NCBI GenBank assembly: GCA_022749815.1
Contig: JAKIWV010000003.1
Location: 40,938 to 104,937, forward strand
Origin: Thermoplasmata archaeon
Lineage (GTDB): Archaea; Thermoplasmatota; Thermoplasmata; Lutacidiplasmatales; UBA184
Direction of reading: 5' to 3'
Length of the DNA stretch: 64,000 nucleotides
Both the position numbers and the translations under genes were made by a program. Below, one piece after another: positions 62,919 through 64,000 of this stretch. Within the stretch, counting starts at the first letter, position 1. Each line of letters starts with the position of its first letter. The notes beneath the pieces were generated by a model. The model was not told the origin of the DNA. It was given only the letters and a program-made list of their open reading frames with translations, and ran no database searches.

Positions 62919-63447
62919 GCGCTACGCGGTCGACGTCGACCCCGCGCGGTCGGTGGTCCGGGTCGGCGCCCACGAATGGCCGTACCGACTCGTCGCCTCC
63001 GAGGGCGCGTCAGTCACCTTCGAACTGCTGGGCGAGCGCATCGAGGTCCGGGACGAACCGGCCGGGGCCGATGCGCCAGAGCGGTCGGTCGTGGTCAATG
63101 GCGAATTGCATTCCCTTCGCGTAGAATCGGTGGCGGGGTCGTCGGGCCCGGGCACCCCGGGCGCGGGTCCGAGACCGACGTCCTCGATGAGCGGAAGAGA
63201 GCCTGCGGCGAGCTCGAGCGGAGGCCCCGGGCGACCGATGTTTCCCCCGATGCCGGGGAAGGTCCTCGAGGTTCTGGTCCGCGACGGGGACCGGGTCCGC
63301 GCGGGTCAAGTCCTCCTCGTCCTCGAGGCGATGAAGATGCGGAATGAGGTGACCTCGCCGGTGGCCGGTGAAGTGGCCGGACTCCGGGTGACCGCCGGAG
63401 CCAACGTGTCCGCCCGGGATCTCCTACTTCGCGTCGTCCCCGTCTGA
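62890..63447 (+). CDS. Biotin carboxyl carrier protein (1.3S-like) with N-terminal extra domain
   Basis: LEAMKMRNEV biotinyl-lysine motif. Overlaps the 5S-like gene by 29 nt. Confidence 0.8.
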   Translation: MKLVVVLDGERYAVDVDPARSVVRVGAHEWPYRLVASEGASVTFELLGERIEVRDEPAGADAPERSVVVNGELHSLRVESVAGSSGPGTPGAGPRPTSSMSGREPAASSSGGPGRPMFPPMPGKVLEVLVRDGDRVRAGQVLLVLEAMKMRNEVTSPVAGEVAGLRVTAGANVSARDLLLRVVPV

Positions 63448-63837
63448 ACGCGACGCGGCCGACGGTGCCGGTCCGACGGGGGCGGTCGCCGGCGGGGGCG
63501 GTTCGAGCGGGGCGCCCGACGATTCCAACCGGTCGGCCTCCTCGACGGGATCCTCGAACGGTTCCTCGTCCGGGGCGCCCGCGGTCGCTGGGGCCGCGAG
63601 GGGTTCGCTCGTCCCGGTGGCGAGGAGGTAGACGAGCCCCGCTCCCAGCACCACCGCCATGACGACGGGGATCAGAACGAAGACCCCGAGAACTACGACG
63701 ACACCGACGCCCACGACCGTCGCGACGCCGAGGATCGCCAGCAGCGGCCCGAACGACAGCGGCGGCGCCGAGGTCCCCACGGGCTCGGGGGAGACCCCCG
63801 AGAGAAAATACTCCTTCCCCCCCCGGCCCCCGGTCAC
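63424..63837 (-). CDS. Membrane protein (2 TM) with acidic/Pro-rich tail
   Basis: GTG 63837 overlaps the TGA of the upstream zinc-ribbon ORF (GTGA). Hydrophobic core LLAILGVATVVGVGVVVVLGVFVLIPVVMAVVLGAGLVYLL. Confidence 0.45.
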   Translation of the reverse strand: MTGGRGGKEYFLSGVSPEPVGTSAPPLSFGPLLAILGVATVVGVGVVVVLGVFVLIPVVMAVVLGAGLVYLLATGTSEPLAAPATAGAPDEEPFEDPVEEADRLESSGAPLEPPPPATAPVGPAPSAASRSDGDDAK

Positions 63838-64000
63838 CCGATCCGGGTGGCCTTTCCGCACGCGGGGCAGACGAGCGTTCCGGGCGCGATGTTCGTGCCG
63901 CAATGCGGGCAGAAACCGATCTCCGCGCCATCGATCACCGGACTGCCCGGGAGCGCGGAGGACGGGAGAGGCGTCGAGGTCGAGGTCGAGGCCGGAGTCG
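63834..64000 (-). CDS. Zinc-ribbon protein, 5' end beyond the window
   Basis: Hand translation ...PVIDGAEIGFCPHCGTNIAPGTLVCPACGKATRIG stop. Not in the ORF track because it is truncated at the window edge. Confidence 0.4.
   Translation of the reverse strand, partial: TPASTSTSTPLPSSALPGSPVIDGAEIGFCPHCGTNIAPGTLVCPACGKATRIG

Noticed and set aside
1-64000. CRISPR arrays, cas genes, rRNA genes, prophage or integrase genes.
   Set aside because: I saw no regularly spaced direct repeats and no Cas-like, integrase-like or capsid-like ORFs. The only tandem repeat noted is the short (GTCGAG)x3 at about 63971-63990, inside a coding frame.

Overview
GC-rich (by eye about two-thirds G+C, not computed), tightly packed archaeal chromosomal segment with about 75 genes. 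Many gene junctions overlap by 4 nt (ATGA or GTGA). Archaeal identity rests on the S12-S7-aEF-2 operon, S8e, SRP19, a GPN-loop GTPase, PdaD, a family-B DNA polymerase and a two-subunit 2-oxoacid:ferredoxin oxidoreductase. The proteins are basic rather than acidic, and there is a Thermoplasma-like glucose dehydrogenase plus KDG-aldolase pair, so I suspect a Thermoplasmatota-like aerobe; this is inference, not proven. Blocks in order: (1) MNT/HepT toxin-antitoxin pair and XPD helicase. (2) A heptose-phosphate operon (GHMP kinase, GmhA) ending in a CBS + ParB/Srx fusion. (3) A roughly 12 kb SoxM-like respiratory supercluster: two blue-copper proteins, CoxII in two pieces, an AbrB-PhoU regulator, TatA/TatC/TatA-like, Rieske, cytochrome b, CoxI, a compact CtaA and CtaB. 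(4) tRNA-Pro(GGG) and housekeeping genes (RlmE, Pcm, PdaD, RNase HII). (5) Non-phosphorylative Entner-Doudoroff genes, S8e-SRP19-GPN, Mrp, ADP-forming acetyl-CoA synthetase, MoaD/MoaE and OFOR. (6) A glycan flippase plus a large polytopic membrane protein. (7) PyrC and PurM. (8) PolB and a family-4 UDG separated by a tnpB-only IS200/IS605-type element whose ORF carries two in-frame TAA codons. (9) The S12-S7-EF2 operon preceded by a strongly structured non-coding stretch. (10) Ogt, BirA and a transcarboxylase-like 12S/5S/1.3S biotin enzyme cluster. I saw no CRISPR array, rRNA or prophage. Most long ORFs antisense to these genes are GC-driven shadow ORFs. The most unusual items are the CBS-ParB/Srx protein coupled to the heptose genes, the tnpB with two TAA-CGG interruptions, the split CoxII, the out-of-frame start region of the acetyl-CoA synthetase, a small protein with a ribosomal-stalk-like tail, and the structured element upstream of rps12.
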